Of a stretch of 64,000 nucleotides of DNA, positions 19,704 to 28,586 are shown piece by piece. A program made the position numbers and the translations under genes. The notes beneath the pieces are model-generated. The model worked only from the letters and a program-made list of their open reading frames with translations. It was not told where the DNA came from and did not search any database. Source of the DNA: an uncultured Acidimicrobiia bacterium (GTDB taxonomy: Bacteria; Actinomycetota; Acidimicrobiia; Spongiisociales; UBA5794); NCBI GenBank assembly GCA_964195545.1, contig CAXMQQ010000006.1, positions 27,900-91,899 of the forward strand. Direction: 5' to 3'. Position 1 is the stretch's first letter. Each line of letters starts with the position of its first letter.

Positions 19704-20105
19704 ATGCTGCTACTCGCCGAATCCTCGACACCACTGCTCAACATCTTCTGGTGGATGCTGTGGTTCTTCATGTTCGTGATTTGGATCTGGTTGCTGATTT
19801 CGATATTCGGCGACATCTTCCGCAGCGACATTTCCGGCTTCGGGAAGGCGGCGTGGATCTTCTTCGTCATCATCTTGCCGTTCCTCGGCGTACTCGTGTA
19901 CCTGATCGCCAACGGCACCAAGATGCAGGAACGCTCCGTGAAGCGGGCTACCGATATGCAGCAGGCTCAGGACAGCTACATCAAGAGTGTGGCCGGCAGT
20001 GGCGGAGGTACCGCAGACGAACTGGAGAAGCTCGCCAAGCTGCACAACTCCGGTACGCTCACCGACCAAGAGTTCGCCGCCCAGAAGGCAAAGCTCCTCG
20101 GCTGA
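19704..20105 (+). CDS. Membrane protein with PLD-N-like TM hairpin and C-terminal SHOCT domain
   Basis: Trp/Phe-rich TM pair (FWWMLWFFMFVIWIWLL) and a SHOCT-like tail (ELEKLAKLHNSGTLTDQEFAAQKAKLL). Confidence 0.75.
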   Translation: MLLLAESSTPLLNIFWWMLWFFMFVIWIWLLISIFGDIFRSDISGFGKAAWIFFVIILPFLGVLVYLIANGTKMQERSVKRATDMQQAQDSYIKSVAGSGGGTADELEKLAKLHNSGTLTDQEFAAQKAKLLG

Positions 20106-20175
20106 GCCGACACGAACCATTGAGTGGAAGGGACCGGGGTTTCCCCGGTCCCTTTCGCGTGGGTACGCTGACGTC

Positions 20176-20685
20176 ATGACTACCAGCAATCACTACGACC
20201 AGATCCTCGGCCTTCGTGCCCTTCGCTCGTATCGCGACGAACCACTTCCCGACGTTCTGATCGAGCGCCTCCTCGAAGCGGCCCGATGGACCGGAAGCAG
20301 CAAGAACCTCCAGAACTGGTCGTTCGTCGTCGTCGACGGCGAGCAGAAGGAGCGGCTGACTGGATGCGGGGACTTCACTGATCCCCTTCGTGCGGCGCCG
20401 GTCGCGTTCGCTCTCGTGGAAGAGAGCGCCGGCTACGAGTTCGATACCGGTCGTGTGGCCCAGAACGTGATGCTCGCCGCCGATGCGCTCGGCGTGGCGT
20501 CGTGTCCGATCACACTGCATCGTGAAGACGACGCACGCGACATCCTTGACCTCCCCCAAGGGGCCAGATGCAGGTACGCCGTTGCCCTCGGCTATCCGAC
20601 GGACGACGCAACACCGCGAAAGTTCGGCGGTAGGAAGCCGATGGGCGAAGTGGCCTATCGGAGTCGCCATGGTGACTCTTGGTGA
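20176..20685 (+). CDS. Nitroreductase family protein
   Basis: LRALRSYRDEPLP ... AARWTGSSKNLQNW pattern. ATG at 20176; the upstream part of ORF 19987 overlaps the previous gene. Confidence 0.85.
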   Translation: MTTSNHYDQILGLRALRSYRDEPLPDVLIERLLEAARWTGSSKNLQNWSFVVVDGEQKERLTGCGDFTDPLRAAPVAFALVEESAGYEFDTGRVAQNVMLAADALGVASCPITLHREDDARDILDLPQGARCRYAVALGYPTDDATPRKFGGRKPMGEVAYRSRHGDSW

Positions 20686-21455
20686 TCACAGGTTCGGTCG
20701 GCATTTTCGACTCGGGCGTCGGTGGTCTCGGAATCCAAAGAGAGGTGAGAGCGCTTCTCCCGTCATCCGACCTTGTGTACGTCGCGGATCAGGCGTACTC
20801 CCCGTACGGCGAGCGGGGGCTCGACGCCGTGCGGGCACGGGCATTCGCGGTCAGCGGCTATCTGATCGACGCGGGCGCTACCACCGTCGTTGTTGCCTGC
20901 AATAGTGCTTCCGCCGCCGCACTCCACGAACTCAGAGATCGGTTCCCGTCCGTGTTGTTCGTTGGTATGGAACCTGCGGTCAAACCGGCAGTCGGGGCCA
21001 CGCAACGGGGGACCATCGGTGTGCTAGCAACCGAGGCCACCTTCCAGGGCGAGCTCTTCTCGTCCGTTGTCGACCGCCATGCCCGCGGCGTCTCCGTCGT
21101 GGCACGGGCGTGTCCAGGCCTTGCCGCTGCGATCGAAGATGGAGATGATGCCGACGACCTGATCCGTCGTTTCACAACCGATGTCGTCGCGAGGGGGGCG
21201 GACACGATCGTTCTCGGCTGCACCCACTACTCGTTCGTCGCCGATCGAATCCAGGCCGTTGCCGGGGACGGCGTCATCGTCATCGATCCTGCTCCGGCAG
21301 TTGCCCGACAAGTCGCCCGCGTACAACCCGATGCCAACAACGGTTCCGGTGTGACGCTCTACCTCACGACGGGTGATCCGGACCGCTTCGCCTCACAGAT
21401 CGAGCGTCTGACGGAATCGATCCGTCCGACACTGAGCGTAGAGATCGGAGACTGA
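20679..21455 (+). CDS. murI: Glutamate racemase
   Basis: GIFDSGVGGL, VVACNSAS and LGCTHY motifs. TTG/GTG start overlaps the upstream stop. Confidence 0.92.
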   Translation: MVITGSVGIFDSGVGGLGIQREVRALLPSSDLVYVADQAYSPYGERGLDAVRARAFAVSGYLIDAGATTVVVACNSASAAALHELRDRFPSVLFVGMEPAVKPAVGATQRGTIGVLATEATFQGELFSSVVDRHARGVSVVARACPGLAAAIEDGDDADDLIRRFTTDVVARGADTIVLGCTHYSFVADRIQAVAGDGVIVIDPAPAVARQVARVQPDANNGSGVTLYLTTGDPDRFASQIERLTESIRPTLSVEIGD

Positions 21456-21456
21456 G

Positions 21457-21984
21457 ATGGCCGGTCGGATCGAAGTCGTACAAGGCGATATTACGGAGCA
21501 GGATGTGGACGCGATCGTGAATGCTGCCAACGCTCACCTGGCGCACGGTGGTGGCGTGGCTGCCGCGATCGCTCAGGCGGGAGCGCCCGTCGTCGATCAG
21601 CAGTCCCGCGAATGGATCGAACACCACGGCCCCGTGCGGCCGGGGATGGCTGCCATCACCGCGGCGGGGGACATGCGTGCCCGCAACGTGATCCACGTCG
21701 TGGGACCGGTCTACCGGGACGACCAGGACAACGAGGCACTGCTCGGCGAGGCCGTGAATGCGGCGCTCGACAGCGCCGTAAGACTGGGCGCGCGCTCGGT
21801 CGCTCTGCCGACCATCTCGGCGGGGATCTATGGATACCCATCGGCGGAGGCATGCCGCGTGATCGTGGAGACGGCGATGGTTTGGCTTCGTGAAGGGGGA
21901 GATCTCGACGAGATCCGTCTCATCGCCTTCAACGACGACATCGCCGACTACTACCGAAGTGCTCTGCGAACCCTGGGCTCGTAG
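21457..21984 (+). CDS. Macro-domain protein (ADP-ribose binding/hydrolase)
   Basis: DAIVNAANAHLAHGGGVAAAI and PTISAGIYGYP motifs. The last 8 codons lie inside repeat copy A. Confidence 0.9.
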   Translation: MAGRIEVVQGDITEQDVDAIVNAANAHLAHGGGVAAAIAQAGAPVVDQQSREWIEHHGPVRPGMAAITAAGDMRARNVIHVVGPVYRDDQDNEALLGEAVNAALDSAVRLGARSVALPTISAGIYGYPSAEACRVIVETAMVWLREGGDLDEIRLIAFNDDIADYYRSALRTLGS

Positions 21985-22016
21985 GTGCGCATAGGTGCCT
22001 CGCCAGCCCACGGTTC
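21959..22016 (-). repeat. 58-bp structured repeat, copy A (inverted relative to B and C)
   Basis: The reverse complement reads GAACCGTGGGCTGGCGAGGCACCTATGCGCACCTACGAGCCCAGGGTTCGCAGAGCAC. Near-terminal segments GAACCGTGGGC and GCCCAGGGTTC are complementary. Confidence 0.8.
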
Positions 22017-22030
22017 AGGAAGATGTCCAC

Positions 22031-22945
22031 TCAGGCCGAACGATGCGCACGACCGATCGCCAATCGAGTCGTCTCAACGACATGCTCGGGGCGCTCGCTC
22101 ACGTCCTGCCAGGTGAACCGATACACGGACCACCCATGCAGTAGAGCCGACCGGTCGCGTTCCCTGTCCTGCTCGAACGCGTCATGGCCCGCGTGCCAGC
22201 GACGGGAATCCCATTCGATCGCAATCCTCCAGCCGGGATAGCACGCATCGAATCTTCGGGTCGGATTCCACGGGATGGGATACTCGAGGTGCGGATCTGG
22301 TAGGCCGCCGTTCTGAAGAACGCTGAGCCCTCGAATCTCGAGAACCGTCGCGTTTCTGTCGACTCCAGTCCCACGGTTCTCGAGGATTGAGCGAATCGTC
22401 GTGGCTCCGGACTTGCCGCGTCGCGCCACATCCGTGAGCACCGAAGCAAGACTCTCGACGGTGAGGCGCTTCTGCGTGATGAGGTCATCGACGATGTTGG
22501 CAACGTGCTTCGGGTGTAGGACACCTGCGAGATCGATGACCGTTCGCGGAATGGTGGTGCATGGAAGATCTCCGAGCTCCTGCATGTGGGTGATGTGGAG
22601 ATCGTGATTTCGATGCACCGTGACACCCGGGAATACATGCGTTGTTCGAGTGTGGACGCTGACAACGGCAAGTCCCCGCCGCACGCGGCCTATGGAGTGG
22701 ATCTCCGCGGCCGCCTCGTGCGAAACCACTGAATTCGGAAGCACAGTGATGGCTGCCCTGATCAGATCATGGGGATCTGCCATGTCGATGATCCGGTATG
22801 CGGAGCGTGCGACGGCTCTCCAGCGTCTGACACGCTGCCGATATCGGATCGCTCCGCTGCTCAGCCCGCATGCTGAGGCTTGGTCGAATGTGATCACTCC
22901 GCCCTGTTTCGCTGCCACTGCGAGGGCAGCACGATCTGCTTCCAC
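22031..22945 (-). CDS. AbiEi-like wHTH N-terminal domain plus DUF559 (Vsr-like endonuclease fold) protein
   Basis: The N-terminus (GGVITFDQASACGLSSGAIRYR) resembles AbiEi_4-type HTH. The C-terminus (IAIEWDSRRWH ... DRERDRSALLHGWSVYRFTW) is a DUF559 signature. Start is uncertain: GTG at 22945, maximum 23047. Confidence 0.8.
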   Translation of the reverse strand: MEADRAALAVAAKQGGVITFDQASACGLSSGAIRYRQRVRRWRAVARSAYRIIDMADPHDLIRAAITVLPNSVVSHEAAAEIHSIGRVRRGLAVVSVHTRTTHVFPGVTVHRNHDLHITHMQELGDLPCTTIPRTVIDLAGVLHPKHVANIVDDLITQKRLTVESLASVLTDVARRGKSGATTIRSILENRGTGVDRNATVLEIRGLSVLQNGGLPDPHLEYPIPWNPTRRFDACYPGWRIAIEWDSRRWHAGHDAFEQDRERDRSALLHGWSVYRFTWQDVSERPEHVVETTRLAIGRAHRSA

Positions 22946-22987
22946 GGGTGCATCGTCGCGATTCTCCGAACCGATTTCTAGGGGTTC

Positions 22988-23045
22988 GTTCTGTGGGCCG
23001 GGAGAGCACCTATACGCATCTACGAGCCCAGGGTTCGCAGAGCAC
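22988..23045 (+). repeat. 58-bp structured repeat, copy B
   Basis: GTTCTGTGGGCCGGGAGAGCACCTATACGCATCTACGAGCCCAGGGTTCGCAGAGCAC. About 48 of 58 positions match copy A by hand alignment. Confidence 0.8.
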
Positions 23046-23061
23046 ATCTAGGATTGCGGGA

Positions 23062-23886
23062 ATGAAACCGACTGTTGCCATTCTCGGGGCCGGTTCGATG
23101 GGAGAGACGTTCGGCGTCGGTCTGCTGCGCGCGGGCTGGGAGACACACGATCTCGCCATCGCCGACCGCCGATCCGAACGGATCAGAGAGGTCGAATTCC
23201 TCACCGGTATCACCGCCACGCTTGATGCCGCCGAGGCGGTAGTCGGGAAGAGAGTGATCGTGGTGGCGGTCAAGCCGAAGGACGTTCCCGGACTTCTGGA
23301 GTCGATTCGCGAAACTCTGACGGCAGATCAAGTCGTCGTCTCGATCGCGGCCGGCGTCACGATCGACTCATACGAGAAGGAACTACCCGGTATCCCGATC
23401 GTTCGGTCGATGCCGAACACGCCGGCTGCCATTGACGAGGGAATGACGGCCTACTGCGGCGGTACGAATGCTGATGCCGATGCCATCAGGGATGCCGCAG
23501 CGGTCCTCGGTGCCGTCGGCGAAACCATCGAGTTGTCCGAGGATTTGCTCGACGCCGTCACGGCTGTATCCGGCACCGGTCCGGCGTATGTGTTTCTCCT
23601 CGCTGAAGCCATGACGGAGGCGGCAATTCGTGAGGGCCTTCCTCACTATGCGGCCGAGCGTCTTGTCCACCAGACCCTGCGGGGAGCGGGGATGCTGCTC
23701 GCCGGATCCGACAAGAGCGCGTTCCGCCTGCGGGGCAACGTGACGTCACCTGGCGGTACAACGGCCGCAGCCGTCTACTCCCTTGAAGAGGGTGGGTTCC
23801 GCACGCTGATCGAGGATGCGATCCATGCAGCGGCGCGACGATCCCGCGAACTCGGCAAGCGTGCGTCTGGGGATTCCACAGGGTGA
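23062..23886 (+). CDS. proC: Pyrroline-5-carboxylate reductase
   Basis: NADP-binding ILGAGSMGE and C-terminal VTSPGGTT motif. ATG at 23062. Confidence 0.9.
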   Translation: MKPTVAILGAGSMGETFGVGLLRAGWETHDLAIADRRSERIREVEFLTGITATLDAAEAVVGKRVIVVAVKPKDVPGLLESIRETLTADQVVVSIAAGVTIDSYEKELPGIPIVRSMPNTPAAIDEGMTAYCGGTNADADAIRDAAAVLGAVGETIELSEDLLDAVTAVSGTGPAYVFLLAEAMTEAAIREGLPHYAAERLVHQTLRGAGMLLAGSDKSAFRLRGNVTSPGGTTAAAVYSLEEGGFRTLIEDAIHAAARRSRELGKRASGDSTG

Positions 23887-24794
23887 ACCTCGTCGGCCGC
23901 AGCGTTCTCGCCGTCACCGGTCGTTCGTCAGTCCGAAAGCTCTTCTCCGAATCTGCGGCAGGGCGTCGTCTGTCCCTCCGCTTCGTCGCCGGAGAAACGA
24001 TCGAAGAAGCCGTCGCCGCGGCGCGGCCTCTAAACGAGATCGGGGCTCATGTCTCGCTCGATCATCTCGGGGAGCACGTCACCGATGTCTCGGCTGCCGT
24101 TGCGGCTCGCGACGACTACCTGACATGCCTCGACAGGATCCGTGAGAGCGGCATCGATGCCAACATTTCCGTGAAACTGAGCCAACTCGGCCTCGGCCTC
24201 GACGATGATCTCACCGTCGAATCTCTGGATGCTCTGGCGAGCAGAGCCGCCGACGCCGGGACCACGGTGACCATCGACATGGAGGAATCCGAACAGGTCG
24301 AGAAGACCGTCGGTGCGTTCGAGACGGTCCAAATCCGGCACGAAAACGTGGGCATCGCGGTTCAGAGCTACCTTTATCGGACACCCGCAGACCTCGACCG
24401 GATCGTTGAGCGTGGCGGTCACGTGCGACTCTGCAAAGGGGCCTATGCGGAGCCGGCCGAGGTCGCTCATCAAGACAAGGACGGGGTCAATGCTGCTTTT
24501 GACACGCTCACACGTCGACTGATGGCCACTCCGGGCGTCACCCCGGCGATCGCCACGCACGACGACAAACGGATCAACCTCACGAAGGAACTTGCCGAGC
24601 ATCGAACGAGGCCGTGGGAATTCCAGATGCTCTACGGCGTGCGTCGGAACCTACAACGGTCGCTTCTCGAAGATGGGCACCCGCTTCGGGTCTATGTGCC
24701 GTACGGCACCGCGTGGTACCCCTACCTCACACGCAGAATGGCCGAGCGCCCTGCCAACGTGGTGTTCTTCGTGCGGGCCGCAGTCGGCAGGTAG
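23883..24794 (+). CDS. Proline dehydrogenase (monofunctional PutA-like)
   Basis: PRODH TIM-barrel pattern (SLDHLGE ... VRLCKGAY ... IATHD ... EFQMLYG). GTGA overlap with proC. Confidence 0.88.
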   Translation: MNLVGRSVLAVTGRSSVRKLFSESAAGRRLSLRFVAGETIEEAVAAARPLNEIGAHVSLDHLGEHVTDVSAAVAARDDYLTCLDRIRESGIDANISVKLSQLGLGLDDDLTVESLDALASRAADAGTTVTIDMEESEQVEKTVGAFETVQIRHENVGIAVQSYLYRTPADLDRIVERGGHVRLCKGAYAEPAEVAHQDKDGVNAAFDTLTRRLMATPGVTPAIATHDDKRINLTKELAEHRTRPWEFQMLYGVRRNLQRSLLEDGHPLRVYVPYGTAWYPYLTRRMAERPANVVFFVRAAVGR

Positions 24795-24829
24795 GCGCTC
24801 GCGTTGACGATTGCCGGTACCCTTGCTCC

Positions 24830-25900
24830 ATGAAACGACTGATGCTCGCTGTAGTTGCACTCGTCTTTCTCGCTGCTGCCGCTCAACCTGCCGATGTTGC
24901 TCCGATACTCGAGGCCCAGGGATTCTTCGTCGAAGACGGGTCGGATGCCGACCCGGATGCCGTTGAAGACGCTGTCGCTGCGGCCCGGTTCGAGGGAGGC
25001 AAACTCTCAATCGCGGTTCTGGCCGTCGAACCCACCGGTGGCGCAACGATCTACGCCGAGATCACGCTCGATGCGATGGGCGGGACGGGCACCGTCTTCG
25101 TTGTCGCTCCCGAGACGGTCGGATGGGCCTCCGAGGGGGACATCTACACACCTGAGCAACTGGACGAGGCCACCGATGTCTCTCTCGACGGGTCGTCGGA
25201 CACCGAGGTTGTGGAACTGTTCGTTGCGACACTCATCGGACAGCCGGTTGGCGGCGCAGAACCAGGTGGCGGCGGAGGCCTGCCGTTGGGCTGGATATTT
25301 CTGCTGATCGTCATCACTGGTGGGGCCCTCGTCTTCTGGTTGTCGTCGCGGTCTTCCAAACGGGACACAGCAAAGGCGATCGAGAATGCGAGGGTCGAGG
25401 TCAAGAAGCGCCTCGACGCCGTCGCGAATGACATCATCGACCTCGAGGACGAAGTCACGGCGTCAACCGATCCTGCGGCCCAGGTCCTCTACGAGTCCGC
25501 GACCGTCGCGTACGCCGAGGCGCTCGACACCTATGAGAGAGCAGCTTCACCGGAGGAACTCATCGCCACGGCAGAGGAGTTGGACATGGCGATCTGGCGA
25601 CTCGACAGTGTGGAGGCACTCCTCGACGGCGAAGCCCCTCCTCCGAAGCCGGTGAAACCTCTACCGTCGACTCCCGTCACGGGAGCCACTTCGACTCTGA
25701 CACCTCCTCGGGTCCCGGCACCCGTCTACCGGCGCCCGGATCACCGCCGATCGTCCGGGACGACGGCAATGATGACCGGCCTGTTGATGGGATCGATGGC
25801 GTCGGGGCGTCGCTCTCCCCGCCGGTCACCGAGCTCCCGTTCGCGGTCACGATCGACGAGCAGTTCACGCATGCGGGGCGGCGGTCGTCGTAGGGGCTGA
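24830..25900 (+). CDS. Single-pass membrane protein with extracytoplasmic domain, cytoplasmic helical region and Ser/Arg-rich tail
   Basis: Signal peptide MKRLMLAVVALVFLAAAA, TM helix LGWIFLLIVITGGALVFWL, RSPRRSPSSRSRSRS tail. Directly upstream of pspA. Confidence 0.65.
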   Translation: MKRLMLAVVALVFLAAAAQPADVAPILEAQGFFVEDGSDADPDAVEDAVAAARFEGGKLSIAVLAVEPTGGATIYAEITLDAMGGTGTVFVVAPETVGWASEGDIYTPEQLDEATDVSLDGSSDTEVVELFVATLIGQPVGGAEPGGGGGLPLGWIFLLIVITGGALVFWLSSRSSKRDTAKAIENARVEVKKRLDAVANDIIDLEDEVTASTDPAAQVLYESATVAYAEALDTYERAASPEELIATAEELDMAIWRLDSVEALLDGEAPPPKPVKPLPSTPVTGATSTLTPPRVPAPVYRRPDHRRSSGTTAMMTGLLMGSMASGRRSPRRSPSSRSRSRSTSSSRMRGGGRRRG

Positions 25901-25945
25901 TATCGCTCCTAGACTCGCGGACACCGCAGATACCACAAGAGAGGG

Positions 25946-26719
25946 ATGCGAATGTTCAAGAAATGGTGGCTCTACATCCAGTCGTGGTTCAAGTCGACCT
26001 CCGACGACATGATGGATCCCGAGATCGAGATCCAGGTGGCGATCGATCAGGCGAAGAAGAAGAACCAGGACCTCAGGAACCAAGCCGCCAATATCGTGGC
26101 GCACCGCACCCAGCTCGAGAGCAAGATCGAGAAGGCCGCGGACGAGGTCGGCGAGACTCGCGAAATGGCCAAACAGGCGATCCTCAAGGCTGAGGAGGCC
26201 AAGGCCGCCGGAGACACGGCCGGCGTTTCCAAATGGACGAATATCGCTCAAGCCCAGGCAACGAAGCTGCAGGGCGCCGAGAACAATCTGACGTCTCTCA
26301 AGGGTCAGTACGGAACGGCGATTACGCAGGCCGACGAGGCCAAGCGCTCCGTACAGGCCAACGCTGTGAAGCTTCAGGAGCTCTCAGCGAAGCAAATGGA
26401 ACTGCTCGGATCGCTCGAGCAGGCCAAGATGCAGGAGACCGTCAACGCCGCCGTCCAATCGATGTCTGCGACGCTCGACGACCAGCTGCCCACGCTTGAA
26501 TCCGTCGAGGACAAGATCGAGAAGCGCAAGGCTCAGGCGATGGCGAAGGCTGAGATCTTCGAGGTGACGCCAGAAGGTGGCGAAGCCGAACTGCGCCAGG
26601 CCATGAACGAGGCGCAGGCGGATGCCAAGCTCGAAGAGCTGAAGGCGGAGCTCGGCCTCACCAGCGGCGGAGAGGCCAGCCAAACTGACACCGGGGAAGC
26701 CACGGGACTCGAGGCCTAG
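25946..26719 (+). CDS. pspA: PspA/IM30 family protein
   Basis: N-terminal amphipathic helix (MFKKWWLYIQSWF) and a long coiled coil typical of PspA/Vipp1. The start may instead be the ATG at 25952. Confidence 0.9.
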   Translation: MRMFKKWWLYIQSWFKSTSDDMMDPEIEIQVAIDQAKKKNQDLRNQAANIVAHRTQLESKIEKAADEVGETREMAKQAILKAEEAKAAGDTAGVSKWTNIAQAQATKLQGAENNLTSLKGQYGTAITQADEAKRSVQANAVKLQELSAKQMELLGSLEQAKMQETVNAAVQSMSATLDDQLPTLESVEDKIEKRKAQAMAKAEIFEVTPEGGEAELRQAMNEAQADAKLEELKAELGLTSGGEASQTDTGEATGLEA

Positions 26720-26769
26720 CCGGCAACGAGTTCAAGTCGCACCTTGAGCGCTCGAAGGACCGTGACTTG

Positions 26770-28464
26770 ATGGCCATGCCAACAGATCTCGAGATCGCAC
26801 GGGACGCGAAGCTCCGACGGATCGAAGACATCGCAGACGAAATGGGCATACCGCTCGACGATGTCGAGCACTACGGCCGCGAGATGGCGAAGATTTCGCT
26901 TTCGGCGATCGATCAGATGGGTCCGCCAAGGGCGAAGTACGTGCTCGTCACGGCAACGAGTCCGACGCCCCTCGGAGAGGGCAAGACGACGATCGCCGTG
27001 GGGCTCGCCCAGGGCTTCAAGCACGTCGATCGACAAGCCGTCGTCACGTTGAGGCAACCGTCGCTTGGGCCGACCTTCGGAATCAAGGGCGGTGCAGCAG
27101 GCGGCGGGTACTCGCAAGTTGTACCGATGGAGCAGATGAACCTTCATCTAACGGGAGATTTCCATGCTGTTGCCGCTGCGAACAACCTCATCTCTGCGCT
27201 CATCGACAATCAGATCTATCACGGCAATCAACTCTCGATAGGGACCGACGACGTCACGTGGCGTCGCGTTCTCGATGTCAACGACCGCACACTTCGTCAC
27301 GTGGTGACCGGACTTGGGGGGAAGATCAACGGCGTGCCCCGGGAGGCCGGGTTCGACATCACCGCCGCTTCCGAGATCATGGCCATGCTTGGGCTGGCAA
27401 CCAGCCTCAAGGGGCTCCGCGAGATGTTGCGACGCACGGTCATCGGATTCGACCGCCACGGCAGGGCCGTCACCGCCGAAGACGTCAACGCAGCGGGATC
27501 GGCGGCGGTACTGCTCAAAGATGCGCTCTCTCCGAACCTGATGCAGACGCTCGAAGGTACCCCTGCGATCGTGCACACCGGGCCGTTCGCGAACATCGCC
27601 CACGGCAACTCGTCGATCGTCGGCGACTACATAGGCATCCGAGCCGGCGACTATCTGATCACCGAGGCTGGCTTCGGATCCGACATTGGTGCAGAGAAGT
27701 TCTTCAATCTGAAGTGCAGAGCTTCGGGGCTTGCTCCCGACGTTGCGGTCATCGTGACGACCGTCCGGTCGATGAAGTTCCATTCTGGTACGCACGTCAT
27801 CAAGGCCGGCCGACCCCTCCCCACTGCGCTGCTTGAGGAGAATCCCGTCGATGTGTTCGACGGAACCGCCAACCTCCGCCGTCATATCCGCATCGTCCGT
27901 CGTCACGGCGTCACGCCCGTCGTTGCGATCAATGGGTTCCCGACCGATTTCAAGTCGGAGCACGAGGTCATTGCCCGTGTCTGTGAGGAGGAGGGGGTCC
28001 GATGGGCTGTTGCTCAGCCGTTCTCCGAGGGTGGGTCGGGCATGGTCGGTCTGGCGAGGATCGTCGAAGATGCCGCGGCGGAAGGGTCGGATTTCAAACT
28101 GCTCTATCCCGATGACATGCCCCTTCGCGAGAAGATCGAGACGATCGCGACCGACGTCTACGGTGCCGATGGCGTGAAGTTCGATGCCAAAGCCGAACGC
28201 CAGCTCGCTCGTTACGAGAGCCTGGGATGGGGATACCTTCCGATTTGCATGGCGAAGACCCAGTACTCACTGAGCCACGACGCATCGCTCCGCGGCGCCC
28301 CGACGGGCTGGATCCTTCGCGTCCGGGAAGTCCAGGCTTCGATCGGTGCCGGATTCATCCTCCCGCTGACGGGGACGATCAACCGCATGCCGGGCCTCGG
28401 AGCTCATCCATCGGCTCACGCCATCGATATCGACGATGACGGCAACGTCGTGGGGCTGTCGTAG
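26770..28464 (+). CDS. fhs: Formate--tetrahydrofolate ligase
   Basis: PTPLGEGKTT P-loop, full-length FTHFS pattern. Confidence 0.95.
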   Translation: MAMPTDLEIARDAKLRRIEDIADEMGIPLDDVEHYGREMAKISLSAIDQMGPPRAKYVLVTATSPTPLGEGKTTIAVGLAQGFKHVDRQAVVTLRQPSLGPTFGIKGGAAGGGYSQVVPMEQMNLHLTGDFHAVAAANNLISALIDNQIYHGNQLSIGTDDVTWRRVLDVNDRTLRHVVTGLGGKINGVPREAGFDITAASEIMAMLGLATSLKGLREMLRRTVIGFDRHGRAVTAEDVNAAGSAAVLLKDALSPNLMQTLEGTPAIVHTGPFANIAHGNSSIVGDYIGIRAGDYLITEAGFGSDIGAEKFFNLKCRASGLAPDVAVIVTTVRSMKFHSGTHVIKAGRPLPTALLEENPVDVFDGTANLRRHIRIVRRHGVTPVVAINGFPTDFKSEHEVIARVCEEEGVRWAVAQPFSEGGSGMVGLARIVEDAAAEGSDFKLLYPDDMPLREKIETIATDVYGADGVKFDAKAERQLARYESLGWGYLPICMAKTQYSLSHDASLRGAPTGWILRVREVQASIGAGFILPLTGTINRMPGLGAHPSAHAIDIDDDGNVVGLS

Positions 28465-28586
28465 GGACAGATCGAGCGTCTTGAACCGGTGGTCGATGTG
28501 TTTCACGATGTGCATGTGGTCGTTCCGCATCCCCGAACGAATCCCACATGGACCACTCGATTGGGAGACCGCCGATGTGGCACCCT

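Larger units (their letters stand above)
21959..23045 (-). mobile_element. Candidate cassette: DUF559 gene bracketed by inverted 58-bp repeats
   Basis: Copies A and B in inverted orientation flank one gene, placed exactly between the macro-domain gene and proC. I see no transposase and no clear target-site duplication. Confidence 0.3.

Noticed and set aside
21959-22016. The 58-bp repeat as a tRNA-derived attachment site or tRNA fragment.
   Set aside because: GGGTTCGCAGAGC superficially recalls a T-arm. There is no acceptor stem, no anticodon arm and no GGTTCGAATCC-type T-loop. No integrase is nearby.
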